DNA of 64,000 nucleotides from an uncultured Acidobacteriota bacterium (GTDB lineage Bacteria; Acidobacteriota; JAQAZP01), in NCBI GenBank assembly GCA_963836075.1, contig CAWIIB010000009.1, forward strand, positions 1,408,001 to 1,472,000, given 5' to 3'. Both the position numbers and the translations under genes were made by a program. The notes beneath the pieces were generated by a model. It was given only the letters and a program-made list of their open reading frames with translations. It had not been told where the DNA came from and made no database searches. The stretch's first letter is position 1, and each line of letters starts with the position of its first letter. Positions 60,632 to 64,000 of this stretch are shown here, one piece after another.

Positions 60632-63600
60632 GTGTATCCTTACCGTATACAAGAGAGCAGCGGTCCGCGGCGGTCCCGTTCGGGGCGGCGGGCCTTTCTG
60701 ATGGTCCTGATTCCTGTCGTGCTGGTGCTGGCCGGGGCTCTGCCCTGTGCGGCGCAATACACGGCACCAACCATCACGGTCACCGAACCGGACGGTGTGG
60801 CGGACAAGGTGGTGACGGCGGACAGCTACGCCGAAAAAATACTCCAGGACCCCTGGGACATGGACCAGGAGACCGATCTCCACTATTTCATCGACCAGTT
60901 CCGCGACAGCGGTTTCACCACCAGCAGCGGGGACTCGGTCTGGACCGGCGTGTCGCTGCCCACCCCGCAGACCGGTGACCCGTCGACCACCTCCGACTGC
61001 TCGATCATCATCCTCCACCCGGGCCACTCGAGCGCGGTGAACGCCGGACGCAAAGGGGTTAACCACCCGATCATCGCCTCCACCTACCGCTACCTCTCGT
61101 TCCGGATGTATGTCTCCCGCGACACCAAGTCACAGCTGATCTGGTACAACGACGTGATTAACGTGCCGCCTGAGGACGGTGCCGTCAGTGCTTCGGAGTT
61201 CTTCCAGTCCTACGAGGGCTGGCAGGTCTACACCGTTGACCTGGCCGCCCTGGGCACGCTCTCCGGTCCGGCGTGGGGCGGGGAGGTCTACGGCCTGCGT
61301 CTCGACCCGGCCAACGAGAAGGACGTGCGGGTGACCATCGACTGGATCCGCCTGCACAGCGCGGTCAGCGGCAGCAACGTCAAAACCGTGCGCTGGAACC
61401 ACAGCGACCCCAACGGCCAGGCGGTGGTCAGCCTCTTTGCCAGCCGGGAGGACCAGCTGGGCCGGGGTCTCGACGCGGTTTATGACGTGGCGACCATGGC
61501 GGTGGACGCCAGTTCCGGCAGCTACAACTACAACGTGGGCCACCTGGCCGGCGAATCGTTCAACCTCTTCGCCCTGATCGGGGAGGAGTACGCCCAGGTG
61601 GTGCTCAACGACGGTTGGGACATGAGCCAGGCCACCGACCTGGAGGGCTACGGGAACGTCTCCGGGGTCTCGTTCAGCAACGGCATTTTCCGCTGCACCT
61701 CCACCGGCGGCGACCCCTATGTCATGCCTCGCATCGCGGGGCGCTACCCGATCTCGGCCGGCACGTTCCCCGTGCTCTCCTTCCGCATGTATCTCAGCCA
61801 GGCCAACAGCTACGAGGTGCTGTTCCGCCGCGAGGGCAGCACCGCCTGGCACAGTATCGGCTTCCATACCGCGCAGACCGGCTGGCAGACCTACACCGTG
61901 GACATGCGGGAGAGTTCGGCCTGGACGGGGGACATCAGCACCCTGCGCATTGACCCCATCTTCGACACCGGGTCGGTGGACATCCGTTTTGACTGGGTGG
62001 CCCTCAGCACGCCCAACTCCAGCACTGCCGGAGAAGACACCACCGACCTGAGCCGCAGCCCGGGGCCGCTCACGGTGAACCACGCCCCGACGATCCAGTT
62101 CACGGCGCCCTCCTGGGACACCGGTGCCGATTATGCCACCACCGTGCTGGGCAATGCCTGGGACATGGCCCAGGAATCCGACCTGCGGAGCTACAGCGAG
62201 CTGACCAACGTGTCCTTCACCCCGACCAACGGCCTCACCGCCACTACCACCCACTCCGATTCGCAGATGATCTACCGCGACCTCACCGGACAGCCCATCG
62301 ATGGCGACTACTTCAACACGCTCAGTTTCGACCTGTTTCTGGAGGACCCCATCGCCGATCCGGCGGACACCGCCAGCGGCACGCTGCGCTTCGACGTGGC
62401 CCGGGTGCTCTTCCGCACCAGCCATGACGTGCAGGAGACGTGCACCGACGACCTGGTGCTCTATTTCGGCTACCAGGACCACCCGACCATCAGCGGTCTG
62501 AGAAGTCAGGACCGCAGCGGCTGGGTCCGCCACCACCTGTACCTGCCCGACGCCCAGCTGGAGCCGGACAGCGACGTCTTCGACCACATCCCCTGGGGGG
62601 GCAGCGAGGGCTGGTTCCGTCTCGACGCTTCGGAGTATGGCCAGGGCATCGGCGGTGGACGGAAATACCGCCTGCGCAACGTCAAGCTCACCGCGGACGA
62701 CGAGTCCTTTGGCGAGTATGTGATCCGCTGGGCCGATCTCGACCCGGACGACAACGCCCGGATCACCTTCTTTTACGACGACAACAACACCGGCTACGAC
62801 GGCATCCAGATCAACGAGTCCCTGATCTACGAGAACGAGGACGGCACCGGAGGGAGCTACACCTGGCAGACCGGCGGCATCCCCGAGGGCCTCTACTGGC
62901 TCCACGCCCGGATCACCGACACCACCGCGGTGACCAAGGTCTACGCGCCGCGGCCGGTCTACATCCATTACACCGATATCCCCGACACCGATCCGCCTTA
63001 CCTGGCGGACCAGTATCCACCGCCCGGCTCGGTGGGAGCGTCCCCCTACAACCGGATCCTGACCCACGTGCGCGACGACTATTCCGGGCCCGATCCCGGC
63101 TCGCTGATCATGCGGGTGGACGGCGGCATCGTCACGCCGTCCGTCTCCGGCGGCGGTCGCGACCTGGTGCTGGAATACGACCCCTCGGGCACGCTCTCCT
63201 TCGGCCAGAATGTCACCGTGTGGGTCATCGCCCGGGACCAGGCCGCCGACCCGCACCTGATGGACGAGGTCTACAGCTACCAGGTCACATCCTCCCAGGA
63301 TTCGGACGGCGACGGCCTGCCTGACGAGTGGGAGACGATGAACGGTCTCGACCCGGGTGATGGCACCGGCGATCACGGCGCCGACGGCGACGCCGATGGC
63401 GACGGCCGGAGCAACCGGGACGAGTACGAGGGGGGCGCAGACCCCACCAGCCCGGCGCTGATCCTCGCCGCCCCGGGATCCGGGCCGGAAAACCCGCCGG
63501 AAGGCCGTGGCTACTACACCGACGGCACGCCGGTGGACTGGCTGCAGTTCACCGCCTACGGGGTGATCGCCTGGGGTCTCAACCTGGCCGGCGGGGACAT

Positions 63601-64000
63601 TGACGGTGACGGCATCGACGAGGTGATCACCGGACCCGGTCCGGGCGCGGTGTTCGGACCCCACGTGCGCGGCTGGAAGATGGCCAACGACACGGCGGCG
63701 CCCATGCCCCAGGTGAACTACTTTGCTTACGGCACCTTGAAGTACGGGGTGAACGTGGCCTGCGGCGACGTGGACGGCGACGGGTACGAGGAGATCATCA
63801 CCGGCGCCGGTCCCGGCGCGGTGTTCGGCCCCCACGTGCGCGGCTGGAACTACGACGGCTCGGCGATCAGCGCCATCAGCGCCATCAGTTACTTTGCCTA
63901 CGGCACGCCCAAGTACGGGGTCAACGTCACCCTGGGGGACATCGACGGCGACGGGTACGAGGAGATCATCACCGGCGCCGGACCGGGCACGGTGTACGGC
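60632..64000 (+). CDS. Large secreted surface protein (three CBM-like modules, TSP3-like Ca-binding motifs, FG-GAP repeats), truncated by the window end
   Basis: Not in the ORF track because it has no stop. GGAGGTG RBS, GTG start, signal ..SGRRAFLMVLIPVVLVLAGALPCAA; YAxxxLxxxWDM x3; DSDGDGLPDEWE; GDxDGDGxxExITGxGPG x3. Confidence 0.88.
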   Translation, partial: MYPYRIQESSGPRRSRSGRRAFLMVLIPVVLVLAGALPCAAQYTAPTITVTEPDGVADKVVTADSYAEKILQDPWDMDQETDLHYFIDQFRDSGFTTSSGDSVWTGVSLPTPQTGDPSTTSDCSIIILHPGHSSAVNAGRKGVNHPIIASTYRYLSFRMYVSRDTKSQLIWYNDVINVPPEDGAVSASEFFQSYEGWQVYTVDLAALGTLSGPAWGGEVYGLRLDPANEKDVRVTIDWIRLHSAVSGSNVKTVRWNHSDPNGQAVVSLFASREDQLGRGLDAVYDVATMAVDASSGSYNYNVGHLAGESFNLFALIGEEYAQVVLNDGWDMSQATDLEGYGNVSGVSFSNGIFRCTSTGGDPYVMPRIAGRYPISAGTFPVLSFRMYLSQANSYEVLFRREGSTAWHSIGFHTAQTGWQTYTVDMRESSAWTGDISTLRIDPIFDTGSVDIRFDWVALSTPNSSTAGEDTTDLSRSPGPLTVNHAPTIQFTAPSWDTGADYATTVLGNAWDMAQESDLRSYSELTNVSFTPTNGLTATTTHSDSQMIYRDLTGQPIDGDYFNTLSFDLFLEDPIADPADTASGTLRFDVARVLFRTSHDVQETCTDDLVLYFGYQDHPTISGLRSQDRSGWVRHHLYLPDAQLEPDSDVFDHIPWGGSEGWFRLDASEYGQGIGGGRKYRLRNVKLTADDESFGEYVIRWADLDPDDNARITFFYDDNNTGYDGIQINESLIYENEDGTGGSYTWQTGGIPEGLYWLHARITDTTAVTKVYAPRPVYIHYTDIPDTDPPYLADQYPPPGSVGASPYNRILTHVRDDYSGPDPGSLIMRVDGGIVTPSVSGGGRDLVLEYDPSGTLSFGQNVTVWVIARDQAADPHLMDEVYSYQVTSSQDSDGDGLPDEWETMNGLDPGDGTGDHGADGDADGDGRSNRDEYEGGADPTSPALILAAPGSGPENPPEGRGYYTDGTPVDWLQFTAYGVIAWGLNLAGGDIDGDGIDEVITGPGPGAVFGPHVRGWKMANDTAAPMPQVNYFAYGTLKYGVNVACGDVDGDGYEEIITGAGPGAVFGPHVRGWNYDGSAISAISAISYFAYGTPKYGVNVTLGDIDGDGYEEIITGAGPGTVYG

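Overview
GC-rich bacterial chromosome segment; an Acidobacteriota-like lineage is a guess from the style of the secreted proteins. It has three parts. (1) 1-14.4 kb is a lower-GC accessory region downstream of pnp: an ECF sigma/zinc anti-sigma pair with two CHAT (caspase-like) protease genes (one decayed, one intact and secreted), IS200, IS630, relics of an rve-type and an IS91-type transposase, a triple-repeat secreted protein and an XRE/DUF6036 toxin-antitoxin-like pair. A diverged second copy of the pnp 3' tail plus its terminator brackets the last 3.6 kb. (2) 14.5-27.7 kb is core genome: rimP-nusA-infB-DUF503-rbfA-nrnA-truB-rpsO-pnp, larE, a double-HTH regulator and HU. (3) 28-64 kb is a large co-directional cell-surface glycan locus: Wzm/Wzt, a WbdD-like methyltransferase with coiled coil, GT2/GT4 enzymes, a radical SAM enzyme, an S-layer-like protein and queDEC. 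It also holds five sulfatase-fold lipoproteins that all carry Thr instead of the Cys/Ser formylglycine precursor, and a >1100-aa surface protein that runs off the window. The best candidate for an undescribed system is this Thr-type lipoprotein array coupled to the glycan export and surface-protein genes. No rRNA, tRNA or CRISPR array was seen.
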